Source: a virus. From it: 64,000 nt of DNA. The notes below the pieces were generated by a model that did not search any database, was not told the DNA's origin, and was given only the letters and a program-made list of their open reading frames with translations. Within the stretch, counting starts at the first letter, position 1, and every line of letters begins with the position of its first letter. Shown piece by piece: positions 38,772-47,866 of the stretch. Made by a program: the position numbers and the translations under genes. Location of the stretch: positions 1 through 64,000 of the IMG/VR virus record IMGVR_UViG_3300008120_010803. One strand, written 5' to 3'.

Positions 38772-39848
38772 TTATTCTCCGTCTTTATCTTGGTGATGAA
38801 TGATGCTCATGCCAATTTTTACCAGAAGCTCTTCTTCTAGTTTATTGGGGTTCACCTGCATCACATATTTTTCAACCAATTTGTTTTCATCAGCAAGAAT
38901 GCTTTTTGCATCATGCAAAACATGTTCTTCAAGCTTTTTCGCATTTTGTCGAATTTGCACAGATGCAAGATTCAAACTCTCTATTTTTTTTTCGATTTGT
39001 TTTTTTGCCTTACTGTCAATCGTTTCATCGGAAATAATTGTGACAAACGATTGGTTTAACACATCTTTATCATAATTGTCTATCTGGTCTTCTCTGATAT
39101 AAAAGTGCTTAGGGCTAAAATTATTATCAATATACTTCATCTTATTTGTTTTAGTATCCAACAAGATTATGTGTTTAGACTCATGCGCCTCACCGAAAGA
39201 AAGTTGCAGAGGACTACCTATGTACTCTATTGTTTTAGATAGCTTTTGTGCGCTATGGTAGTGTCCTAAGTAAACATGGACATAATTGGAAAAAATCTTC
39301 CTGTCTACCTTGGTCATGTCTCCATCATGCTCGATGACAACATCAGAAACTGATCCAGCTGAATTCAACTTTGAGCCATCAACAGCTATATGAGCAAGTA
39401 AATAACTTGATGATACTTCATTCGAAGGTAATTTCTCTAGTTCTTTGATTGGATCATGAGTGTAAGGTATGAAGTGCCAATTCGCATCCATGATTTTTAT
39501 ACTTTTGGTTTCACAAACAGTCTCAAAATTTTTAAGTGCGCCAAAAGGGTAAATGCTATTCACATTCCAATTACTTGAAAACCACATATCGTGATTGCCA
39601 AGCAACAAATATGTTTTAAAATTGTAATTTTGATATTTTTCAAGTATTTTAAAAACTTCTGTAAAAGTCAAAGAGTCAATTTTCTGTCGTTCATGCAATA
39701 GGTCACCACCAAACAATACTGCATCAACATTATTTTCAACAGCTTGCTCAAAACACCAATTCAAACACTTAAGACAATCGTTTAAACGATTGTGACTCTT
39801 TTTATGTGGGTGAACATGAATGTCAGAGAAAAGAAGTATTTTTGCCAT
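38772..39848 (-). CDS. SbcD/Mre11-like nuclease, T4 gp47-like
   Basis: SDIH, GGD, GNHD, GHYH. Confidence 0.92.
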   Translation of the reverse strand: MAKILLFSDIHVHPHKKSHNRLNDCLKCLNWCFEQAVENNVDAVLFGGDLLHERQKIDSLTFTEVFKILEKYQNYNFKTYLLLGNHDMWFSSNWNVNSIYPFGALKNFETVCETKSIKIMDANWHFIPYTHDPIKELEKLPSNEVSSSYLLAHIAVDGSKLNSAGSVSDVVIEHDGDMTKVDRKIFSNYVHVYLGHYHSAQKLSKTIEYIGSPLQLSFGEAHESKHIILLDTKTNKMKYIDNNFSPKHFYIREDQIDNYDKDVLNQSFVTIISDETIDSKAKKQIEKKIESLNLASVQIRQNAKKLEEHVLHDAKSILADENKLVEKYVMQVNPNKLEEELLVKIGMSIIHHQDKDGE

Positions 39849-39889
39849 GAAGGCATCATACCAACAATCCGAATAAATTCAAATACAAA

Positions 39890-40168
39890 TCACTTCGACT
39901 TATTAGTGTCTTGTGGAAATTTTTCTTTGATATAGTCAGATAAATCTTTCCAAACTTCGTACACATCCATTTTAGTTTTGGGTGCTCCCCCAGCCGGTGC
40001 TGCACCTCCACCCATATCTGGTGGTGGTCCTCCCGGTGGCAGTCCTCCTCCCATGTCAGGAGGCCCTCCAGCCGGTGGCCCTCCGGGGGGTGGTGCTGCC
40101 CCTAAATCTGGAGGCGGTGCATCTTCTTCTTTGAAAAGATACTGTATATATTCCCTGAAAGTTTTCAT
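39890..40168 (-). CDS. Pro/Gly-rich small protein with capsid-targeting-like N-terminus
   Basis: MKTFREYI; TATAAATA 6 nt upstream. Confidence 0.7.
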   Translation of the reverse strand: MKTFREYIQYLFKEEDAPPPDLGAAPPPGGPPAGGPPDMGGGLPPGGPPPDMGGGAAPAGGAPKTKMDVYEVWKDLSDYIKEKFPQDTNKSK

Positions 40169-40223
40169 CGATAGTATTTATAGCAAATCAAATCAAATTT
40201 GATCCATAAACAATAAATATAAT

Positions 40224-40649
40224 ATGATCAAATTTGACAGATGGAGAGGTTTGAACGAGGATGTTGAAAATCCCGTGCCCCAACCTAGACCAGCACCTGC
40301 TGCTACTACGGTTGCTCCTGCGACACCTGCTGTAAAAATAAAGCCTTGGAAAGCGGGTAAAGATGAGATTATGAATTTTTGGAAGGGTGTACAAACCAAT
40401 ATGCCTTTTGCTTTGAAGCCCATTTCATATGACCATAAAGGATCAACAATTCAGGAAGATGGTTTGCGTATTACAGGCTCTAAAGAATTTATTCAAAGTG
40501 TTTTATCTAGATTGAAAGATTTCATGATTTATGAAAATCCTGATACCAAGCTAATGGTTTCTTATAGGCAATCTCCAAAAAGCCTAACACCGGGGAATAG
40601 AAATAGCTATACATTTTATTTGCAAGTAAAACAAAGAGGAAAGAAATAA
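40224..40649 (+). CDS. hypothetical protein, putative virion internal protein
   Basis: MIKFDRWRGLNED; AATAAATA 4 nt upstream. Confidence 0.65.
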   Translation: MIKFDRWRGLNEDVENPVPQPRPAPAATTVAPATPAVKIKPWKAGKDEIMNFWKGVQTNMPFALKPISYDHKGSTIQEDGLRITGSKEFIQSVLSRLKDFMIYENPDTKLMVSYRQSPKSLTPGNRNSYTFYLQVKQRGKK

Positions 40650-40653
40650 ATTA

Positions 40654-40833
40654 TTATTTGTGGCTTTTCTTTTTTTTATGTTTCTTTACCGTCATTTTGT
40701 CTAAAAAGTTTTGCGAATTTTTAATTGATCCGTCTACCTTCTTGCCAAGGTTTGCTTGATTTTCAACCATTCTTTCCGCTTTTTTTTCTAAGCTATTGAA
40801 AATTCGGACAACATTATCTAATTCTTCATACAT
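40654..40833 (-). CDS. small basic hypothetical protein (59 aa, not in ORF track)
   Basis: MYEELDNVV...KKKKSHK; AAAGGG upstream. Confidence 0.45.
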   Translation of the reverse strand: MYEELDNVVRIFNSLEKKAERMVENQANLGKKVDGSIKNSQNFLDKMTVKKHKKKKSHK

Positions 40834-40908
40834 TTGAGTGCCCTTTCATTCGGTAGCTTATTTACACTCTTTAAATTAAATATAAAAGTACATTTGGTTT
40901 TAATGTAA

Positions 40909-41670
40909 TCAATAATTGAAACTTGCAATCCATTCAACATCCTCCCTTACATTCCGTATTTCATCTCTTTGAAATAAGATCAATCTCCAATACAATTCAT
41001 CCCAATCGACATTGTTTGGATGATTGACTGTTTTTTCTTTTTCTTGGTTAGACATCTTGTTTTGAATCTGTAGTTTTCTCATTTGCATTTCTGGACCCAT
41101 AGAACAAAATCCGTAATAAAATATCCATAAATCATAAAATGAGGGCTGATTAGGATAATGCCTTCCACCTTCAATCGGATATTCTATATTTTTATTGTGT
41201 ATGCTTCTGCTAGAACGAAAGCACATACTCAACATGTTGGTTCTATCCATCCAGTCTTTATATCCTGTGAAACATTGCTCATGTAAAGGCTTATTCTTGT
41301 CCAGTACAAAATTTCCGTTTACATCTATGAACACATAATTTCCTAGGTACTTTTGTTCTGGATCGGTTATGTTTAAAAGCTGTTTTGTATTGCCATACAG
41401 GAACTCAGTTGTATTCAAAGCCAGTTTCCATCCAGACACAGTTCTTTCATAGTACTCGACCTCTCTGTCTACTGATGCTGCATCAAAGTGCTTGTTTGTA
41501 GTTTTTACGATAGTCCATTCAGGGCATATTTCTTTTATGACTTCAACACTTCGATCTGTGCTGCCGTAATCTATTAGTATGGCATCGTCACAAATTCGCT
41601 TATGATGTTTACACCACCACGGGAGCAAATACTCTTCGTTGTAGAAATGACTTATTATTGTGAGTCCCAT
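40909..41670 (-). CDS. GT2-like glycosyltransferase, paralog of the 6364 C-terminal domain
   Basis: HFYNEEYLLPWWCKHH, IDYGSTDRS, LNTTEFL. Confidence 0.8.
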   Translation of the reverse strand: MGLTIISHFYNEEYLLPWWCKHHKRICDDAILIDYGSTDRSVEVIKEICPEWTIVKTTNKHFDAASVDREVEYYERTVSGWKLALNTTEFLYGNTKQLLNITDPEQKYLGNYVFIDVNGNFVLDKNKPLHEQCFTGYKDWMDRTNMLSMCFRSSRSIHNKNIEYPIEGGRHYPNQPSFYDLWIFYYGFCSMGPEMQMRKLQIQNKMSNQEKEKTVNHPNNVDWDELYWRLILFQRDEIRNVREDVEWIASFNY

Positions 41671-41732
41671 GATTGCCTCTTGAAATCCTCAAGAATTAAA
41701 TTATTATTGGATTTTTACCACAGGAAAAAAAC

Positions 41733-42779
41733 ATGTACAACTTCACGGATGAACAAAAAAATCTTATAGACTTTGTTTTAAAGGAATATAAACAACAACC
41801 ATATTTGACGCTTGGAGGCGTTGCTGGTTCGGGTAAATCAACTTGCCTTGCACACCTTCATAATAAACTTGCAAACTTTAAGGTGTGCGCTTACACCGGC
41901 AAAGCTGCAAATGTACTTAGAAAGAAAGGAATAGCAAACGCTGCCACAATACATTCCACTATATATGAGTATTACGATAATGAGGGAGAACTTGAATTTA
42001 GAAGAAAATTTAAAAATGAAATTGATTTTTCAGGACTGTTTGTTGATGAAGCCAGTATGGTAAGTGAAGATATATTTGATGATCTTTTAAGTTTTGGTGT
42101 TCCTATTATTTTTTTTGGTGATCATGGGCAGCTAGAGCCTGTGCAATCTAAATTTAATTTGATGAAAAGTCCCCAAGTTGTTCTTGAAACAATTCACCGT
42201 AATGCAAACACGATTGCTAAATTTGCTGATTTCCTTAGAAAAGGAAACGATGCCAAATCTTTTAAGGAATTTGATGACACCGTACAGTTATTGCCAAAGA
42301 GACTTGTAAAAACAGAAGATTTTACAAAAACTGATCAGGTCATATGTGCTTTTAATAAAACAAGAAATCTGATTAATAGAAAAGTCAGGGAGTTTCTCGG
42401 ATATGAAAAGACTGTGGTTAAGAATGAAAAGATTATATGCTTGAAAAATAATAAAAAACTTGGTATATTTAACGGGATGCAAGGAACAGTATTAAATACG
42501 GCTAGAAACATAATTACATTCAAGGATGATACCAACAATATCATATCTGTAAAAGCATTTATGCCTCAATTTGGGGTAGATAAGTTGCATGAATCTGCTA
42601 ATAACGAAAAGGATAAAGGTTATTTTGATTATGGATATTGTATCACTTGTCATAAGGCACAAGGTGATGAATGGAATAGAATCATCGTGATTGAGGAAAA
42701 GTGTGATCTTTGGGATCACAGAAGATGGGCATACACAGCTGCTTCAAGAGCTAAAACAAACATCGTATGGGCAATTTAA
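41733..42779 (+). CDS. SF1B helicase, Dda/RecD-like
   Basis: GVAGSGKS, VDEASM, GDHGQL.PV, TCHKAQG.E, YTAASRA. Confidence 0.9.
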   Translation: MYNFTDEQKNLIDFVLKEYKQQPYLTLGGVAGSGKSTCLAHLHNKLANFKVCAYTGKAANVLRKKGIANAATIHSTIYEYYDNEGELEFRRKFKNEIDFSGLFVDEASMVSEDIFDDLLSFGVPIIFFGDHGQLEPVQSKFNLMKSPQVVLETIHRNANTIAKFADFLRKGNDAKSFKEFDDTVQLLPKRLVKTEDFTKTDQVICAFNKTRNLINRKVREFLGYEKTVVKNEKIICLKNNKKLGIFNGMQGTVLNTARNIITFKDDTNNIISVKAFMPQFGVDKLHESANNEKDKGYFDYGYCITCHKAQGDEWNRIIVIEEKCDLWDHRRWAYTAASRAKTNIVWAI

Positions 42780-42786
42780 GGAAAAC

Positions 42787-44205
42787 ATGAGCACTAAAAT
42801 AATAGTCAACAACGACATTAGCGTATTGTCATCAAACAATAACGAATTACTCAAATTTCTATTTGATAATTTGAGATTTAGAGATAGATCATATTTTCAC
42901 AATGCTAGATTCAGACAGCGCCTGTGGGATGGGTATACTAATTTTTTTAATCAAACTAATGGTAAATTCCTTACTGGACTGCTTCCAGAAGTTTATGGTG
43001 CATGTAAACACTTTAATGAAAAAGTAGAATTTGTTGATAATAGGACAAAATGTGATTTTGCAATTAGTAAAATTACACCTGATTTCATGAATCAATGGCT
43101 TCCTGAAGGTATGAGTCCAATCACTCTCGAAGATTATCAATGTGAATTAGCAAATCAAGCTATAAAAAATAAGCGTGGTATTATATTTGCTCCAACTAGC
43201 GCTGGCAAGTCATTAATTATGTTATCTATTTTAAAGTCTTTGCCTCCTGAAACCAATACTCTTATTTTGCAAAATAGAAAGACCCTTGCTGCCCAAAACT
43301 ACGATGAGTATGTAAAGTGGGGCCTACCCAATGTAGGTAGAATCTGGCAAGGATATAACGAGCCGAATACATTTACTGTAGCAACAGTTCAATCCATGGA
43401 AAAAGCTTTGGATATATTACCAAAAACTCAAGTTTTACTTGTTGACGAAATACATGACATGATGTCAGCTGCACCTAAAAAGGTTTATAGGTTACTCAAA
43501 AATTGCTCTGTAAGAATAGCGGTTAGTGCAACACCATTTAAATATGGAGAAAAAGATAAGATACAGAAATATTATGTTAAAGGATTTTTTGGCCCATTAT
43601 TTAAAATTCAATCTACTGAAACAGGTTTAATCACTACAAAAGAATTACAGGAACGAGGAAGGCTATCAAAAAGCAAATGCACATTTTATAAGATTAAAGA
43701 ACCTCAATTAGATTATGAAATTTATATAGACGCTGTTACAAAAGGCCTAGTGGAAAATACTGCTTTTCATCAAAAAGTCGTTGGCCTTACCATGGATATG
43801 AAAGGTCGAACCCTCATTCTTGTTGAAAGACTTGCCCATGGGGATGCCCTGAAACAATTAATTCCGCATGCCTTGTGGGTACAAGGAAAAGATGATAATG
43901 AAACCAGACAGGAAGTTATAAAAAAGCTACAAAAATCTAAAAATTGCATTGCTATTGCTACACAAGGAATCTTTAATACTGGAATTAATGTTTTTGTGCA
44001 TAACCTTGTAAATGCTGCTGGGGGTCAGGCAGATCACTTGATTATCCAAAGAATGGGCAGAGGATTAAGAACAGCCAAGGATAAAGACGACTTAAATTAT
44101 ATTGATTTTGTTTTTGATATTAATCCATATTTGCACAAGCATAGCATGAAAAGAATTAAGATACTAAAAGAACAAGGGCATGAGGTACAAGTATTAGATT
44201 TTTAA
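42787..44205 (+). CDS. uvsW: SF2 helicase, UvsW-like
   Basis: DYQ, APTSAGKS, DEIH, SAT, QRMGRGLR. Confidence 0.85.
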   Translation: MSTKIIVNNDISVLSSNNNELLKFLFDNLRFRDRSYFHNARFRQRLWDGYTNFFNQTNGKFLTGLLPEVYGACKHFNEKVEFVDNRTKCDFAISKITPDFMNQWLPEGMSPITLEDYQCELANQAIKNKRGIIFAPTSAGKSLIMLSILKSLPPETNTLILQNRKTLAAQNYDEYVKWGLPNVGRIWQGYNEPNTFTVATVQSMEKALDILPKTQVLLVDEIHDMMSAAPKKVYRLLKNCSVRIAVSATPFKYGEKDKIQKYYVKGFFGPLFKIQSTETGLITTKELQERGRLSKSKCTFYKIKEPQLDYEIYIDAVTKGLVENTAFHQKVVGLTMDMKGRTLILVERLAHGDALKQLIPHALWVQGKDDNETRQEVIKKLQKSKNCIAIATQGIFNTGINVFVHNLVNAAGGQADHLIIQRMGRGLRTAKDKDDLNYIDFVFDINPYLHKHSMKRIKILKEQGHEVQVLDF

Positions 44206-44492
44206 TCTCCAAGAATTGTTTTAACCAATTCTGCTAAAGTTGCGTTTCCAGTTTCTACCATTTTAAGTATTTCTTGTTTGGTAAAGTCGGATAAATCTTC
44301 AAACATCTTCCAATTCATTATTTTTGCTTTCAACAAATCAAGATCGTACTCTTTCATTCGCTTTTGATTAAGCTCTTTGTTGTCTTTAACTTTTATAGGA
44401 TGTATTTGAATAAGAAGTGCGTCTTTGATATTATCAAATGTATTTCTTGATTCAGATTCTATCCAAATTTTAAAATTTGAAAAAGTATTCAT
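44202..44492 (-). CDS. hypothetical protein with capsid-targeting-like N-terminus
   Basis: MNTFSNFKIWIESE; TATAAATA 4 nt upstream. Confidence 0.6.
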   Translation of the reverse strand: MNTFSNFKIWIESESRNTFDNIKDALLIQIHPIKVKDNKELNQKRMKEYDLDLLKAKIMNWKMFEDLSDFTKQEILKMVETGNATLAELVKTILGD

Positions 44493-44512
44493 GTTTTATT
44501 TATACATAATAT

Positions 44513-45337
44513 ATGCAAGAAAATATGACATTTATGGAATGGCTTGGTGTCCCCCCGGAACAAATGTTCGGTTTTGTGGGAAATTTCGGACCAAAAGCAA
44601 CTGAAAAAACAAAAGTTTATTCCGAAGAGCCTTTGGAACCGCTACAAGTGTCTCTCATTTTAGACGAATTAGGATGGCTCGGATCAATTAATAATAAAAA
44701 GCCTCAAAGATTGTTCGAAAATGTTATGAGCTACGGAGATGTTGCAGACAGAATGCAAGTTGTTGTATCTCCATATGGCTCTCTTAAAATTATATTAAGA
44801 AAAGTCGCAACCACTTTGGAGGGAAGCTACATACCACTTTGTTATTCAATATATCCACTTATTAATGATTATAATCATAATGGAGAAAATGATGATCATA
44901 TTGAAAATATGATAGCAAATAAAATTGCAGATAAGCTTAATGAAATGGATAAAAGAATGATGTTAGGTGGAGAACGAAATTTTGAAGGCACCAGAGAATT
45001 GGTTTTAGAAATGGCTCAACATGTGAGAGCAAATCATCCTAGGTGTATGCACTTTGAGGGTGTAATTCAAAATGGAGAAAATGATTACACAATATACTTG
45101 CAATATAATGGACAAGGTGTTGAGGCCCCATCTGCCAAAAGAGTTGAGCAGTTTGATATACATCTGAATTACGATAAGGATACTGGATTGATTCGTTGCT
45201 GGGCTAATGAAATTACTAGTCCTACAAGACAACATCTTTGGCAAGTCCAACCTAGTGAATGGGATGAATACTTTTCTCCTAAACAAAAAAATAGTGAGAT
45301 TGTTGAGTGTATAATGAACGCTCTATATACCTATTAA
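44513..45337 (+). CDS. hypothetical protein
   Basis: 274-aa ORF, starts MQENMTFMEWLG. Confidence 0.65.
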   Translation: MQENMTFMEWLGVPPEQMFGFVGNFGPKATEKTKVYSEEPLEPLQVSLILDELGWLGSINNKKPQRLFENVMSYGDVADRMQVVVSPYGSLKIILRKVATTLEGSYIPLCYSIYPLINDYNHNGENDDHIENMIANKIADKLNEMDKRMMLGGERNFEGTRELVLEMAQHVRANHPRCMHFEGVIQNGENDYTIYLQYNGQGVEAPSAKRVEQFDIHLNYDKDTGLIRCWANEITSPTRQHLWQVQPSEWDEYFSPKQKNSEIVECIMNALYTY

Positions 45338-46017
45338 AATTCAAAACCAAAATACTTATTGTACATATCTGATAATTCTTTGATGTCAAAGTCTTTTAGG
45401 TTTTCTATGTTCGATAGGTCTATTATATCAGTTCTTATTTGATCAGGTAATTTCTGAATCCATTTCGAGCAAAAAACATATAATGGACTTATTTTTTTAA
45501 GTATGACAAACCTCAAAATATTTGGAGATTCTTTAATATAATTTTCTAAAGAAACATCTTCTTTTAATAAATCTTTTATTGTACGCAGAGTAAGTTCAAA
45601 TTCACTAACCACATTGGCTTCGAGATGAGCATAAGCTACTTTTGTAGTTTGCCTTTTTTCCTTAATTAATTTTTTCCACACAGCCCATCGGGCCTTTGCT
45701 TTATCTCCATGCAACAATGAGGGATCAACAAGTATACGATGGCCTTCTTTTTGGAGTTTGTGTGCTATTTCTAGTTGTGCTCTCATATACAGAACAAATT
45801 GAAAACCACTCAATGTTTCTTTGTTTGCTTTGACAAACTTCAACATATGTTTGAAAACAATACTTTTTCGAATATCTCCTTTTTTTGCTACCCTTGGGTG
45901 GCAATAATTTGGTAAAATCTTTCTTGTTAATTCAATCCATTGACAACAAAGTTGGTAGGCAAGAATCTCATCTTGATTGAGTCCTAGTTCCAGAGCCATA
46001 TGTGGGTCGTATTTCAT
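45334..46017 (-). CDS. putative helicase loader, T4 gp59-like
   Basis: Size and pattern (AYQL..., AKARWAVWKK, ILRFVILKKISP) recall gp59; near DnaB gene. Confidence 0.5.
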   Translation of the reverse strand: MKYDPHMALELGLNQDEILAYQLCCQWIELTRKILPNYCHPRVAKKGDIRKSIVFKHMLKFVKANKETLSGFQFVLYMRAQLEIAHKLQKEGHRILVDPSLLHGDKAKARWAVWKKLIKEKRQTTKVAYAHLEANVVSEFELTLRTIKDLLKEDVSLENYIKESPNILRFVILKKISPLYVFCSKWIQKLPDQIRTDIIDLSNIENLKDFDIKELSDMYNKYFGFEF

Positions 46018-46024
46018 ACTTCCA

Positions 46025-46063
46025 AGTTTACACTTTACAAAATGTTTGGCAATAGACTATAAT
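46025..46063. promoter_or_regulatory. overlapping divergent sigma70-type promoters
   Basis: + strand TTTACA(46034)-18-TATAAT(46058); - strand TTGCCA-16-TAAACT (46052-46025). Confidence 0.65.
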
Positions 46064-46079
46064 GCATTTGTGATTCAAG

Positions 46080-46460
46080 TAGGGTGAAGTGTCAACCCAA
46101 ACGATGATCATTTTAAAAATTGAAAGAAGTGAATTTGTTAAAAATTCTATTCAATTGATTTTTAAAATCAAAACCTGTCGGAGCGGTACTCCCTGCTAAG
46201 CCCATTAGGTAATACGGGAACCTAATGACCGACTTGAAGACAAGGTGAGCCTGTGCTTCGCCAAAAACGGCAGGCAGTAATTAGTCTAACTAATTACAGG
46301 GGTGCAGGTTAAGCGTCTTAAAATCGACACATTAAACCAAGACTAAGTTTATATACTTAGCAATAAGGTTTAAGTAGCTGTGAGAAAACTTATTTAAGTT
46401 TTTTTTCTCACACCTCCTTAAGCCTGCCCCCCGGTTTGGTTTTATTTTTAAATGATTTAT
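46080..46460 (+). ncRNA. unannotated structured ncRNA or origin element upstream of PolA-like gene
   Basis: At least 9 complementary helix pairs, some nested and long-range, with G-U pairs; ORF-free; GC-enriched core. Confidence 0.7.
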
Positions 46461-46537
46461 AATAAGCCAAATTTTAGTTTGTTTTATTGTGCCGTTTTTG
46501 TATGCTTATTGGATTCCCTTCTTTATAGGAATATTCC

Positions 46538-47866
46538 ATGATTGACTTGGAAGCCTTATGCGCTGAGTTTTTAAGTGTTGGTTCCAAAGAGCCTATTTTA
46601 TTTTTAGACTGGTCCCCTTCTGATCCTGATTCAACTACCTTGGTTAATTTGGCCCTTAAAATTCGTTTACAGAGCATTTCTGGCTATAGTCGTACTCTGG
46701 ACCTGAATTCGGAAAATTCCTTTTCTATTCTGCGTTTAATCGAGTCTGTTTTTTCTTCTAAGAAAATTTTTATACTTGGATATAATTTTAAATCTTTATT
46801 TTCTTATTATCGTCGTGTCTGTCGATCTGAACTGGTTTTGACTAATGTAATTGATCTTTTTTGGTACGAGTCTTATAGGTCAATTGAATCTAGTAAGGGT
46901 AATATGAATTTGGGCTTATCTAATTTTAAATCTCTGATAAAAGATGCAGAAACATACAAGCTATATTCAAGTTACTATCGTGATTTAATAAGCAAAGTTG
47001 TTCCATTCATGGAATCTTTTCCTATATTGAATGATGATACTGGAACTATAGTCTATAGTAATTATAACATTGAGGGGCAAGAGAATGGGAGGCTCTCATG
47101 TTCTTGCAATAAGAAGAATGTTTTCAATCCACATTCTTTAGGAGAAGAGAAGAAAAATCTTTTATTTTATAGTTCGAATTACAAGTATTTTATGCAATTC
47201 GACTATCGGAACATGGAAGTTGCGGTTTTGGCTGAATTGTCTGAAGACTCCGAGCTTCTTGATATTGTAAAGTCTCCTGATAATAATGTATATTCAAAGA
47301 TATTTGAAAAGGTTACTGGGGTAAAGAATCACGAAGATGCAAAAAATTTGGGTAAAAAAATATTTCTCCCGCTTATATATGGGCAGACCAAGAATGGCCT
47401 ATCTAAGTCATTAGACATATCAATAGATCAGGCAGAAATATATTTTAATAACGCCAAAAAATACTTCAAGAAAAGTTTTGATTATGTTGAAGCTGCACAA
47501 AATGAGGCTTCTTCTAAGGGTTATCTTGAAGACTGTTTCAGGAGAAAAAGATATTTCATAGATGGGGAATCATATAAGGCAAGGAATTTTATAATACAAT
47601 CTCCTTCTGCTTTAATTTGTTTGGAATCGTTGTTAAAATTGTATAGAGAAGCTCAAGATATTTTCGCTGTTGCGTTTCATGTGCATGACGGATATTTCTT
47701 GGCAATTAAGAAAGACAGCATACAAGAAGCTTTTTATAGTGCAAAAAAGGCTCTTGAAGGTAAGTTGAACCTGATGCCAAATTTACAGTTAAAAACAACT
47801 GCAAAGTTGGGAAAAACGCTGGATAAAATGGTTTTACTTGAGAAAAGAAAAGAAGGTGTAATTTGA
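46538..47866 (+). CDS. family A DNA polymerase, thumb-less with degenerate 3'-5' exonuclease domain
   Basis: NGRLS, motif A FDYRNME, motif B K...K....IYG, NFIIQS, motif C HVHDG. Confidence 0.85.
   Translation: MIDLEALCAEFLSVGSKEPILFLDWSPSDPDSTTLVNLALKIRLQSISGYSRTLDLNSENSFSILRLIESVFSSKKIFILGYNFKSLFSYYRRVCRSELVLTNVIDLFWYESYRSIESSKGNMNLGLSNFKSLIKDAETYKLYSSYYRDLISKVVPFMESFPILNDDTGTIVYSNYNIEGQENGRLSCSCNKKNVFNPHSLGEEKKNLLFYSSNYKYFMQFDYRNMEVAVLAELSEDSELLDIVKSPDNNVYSKIFEKVTGVKNHEDAKNLGKKIFLPLIYGQTKNGLSKSLDISIDQAEIYFNNAKKYFKKSFDYVEAAQNEASSKGYLEDCFRRKRYFIDGESYKARNFIIQSPSALICLESLLKLYREAQDIFAVAFHVHDGYFLAIKKDSIQEAFYSAKKALEGKLNLMPNLQLKTTAKLGKTLDKMVLLEKRKEGVI

Noticed and set aside
46080-46460. Structured region as tRNA, tmRNA, RNase P RNA or a self-splicing intron
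   Set aside because: No TTCG-A T-arm with CCA end, no GAGGAAAGTCC motif, and it does not interrupt a gene.
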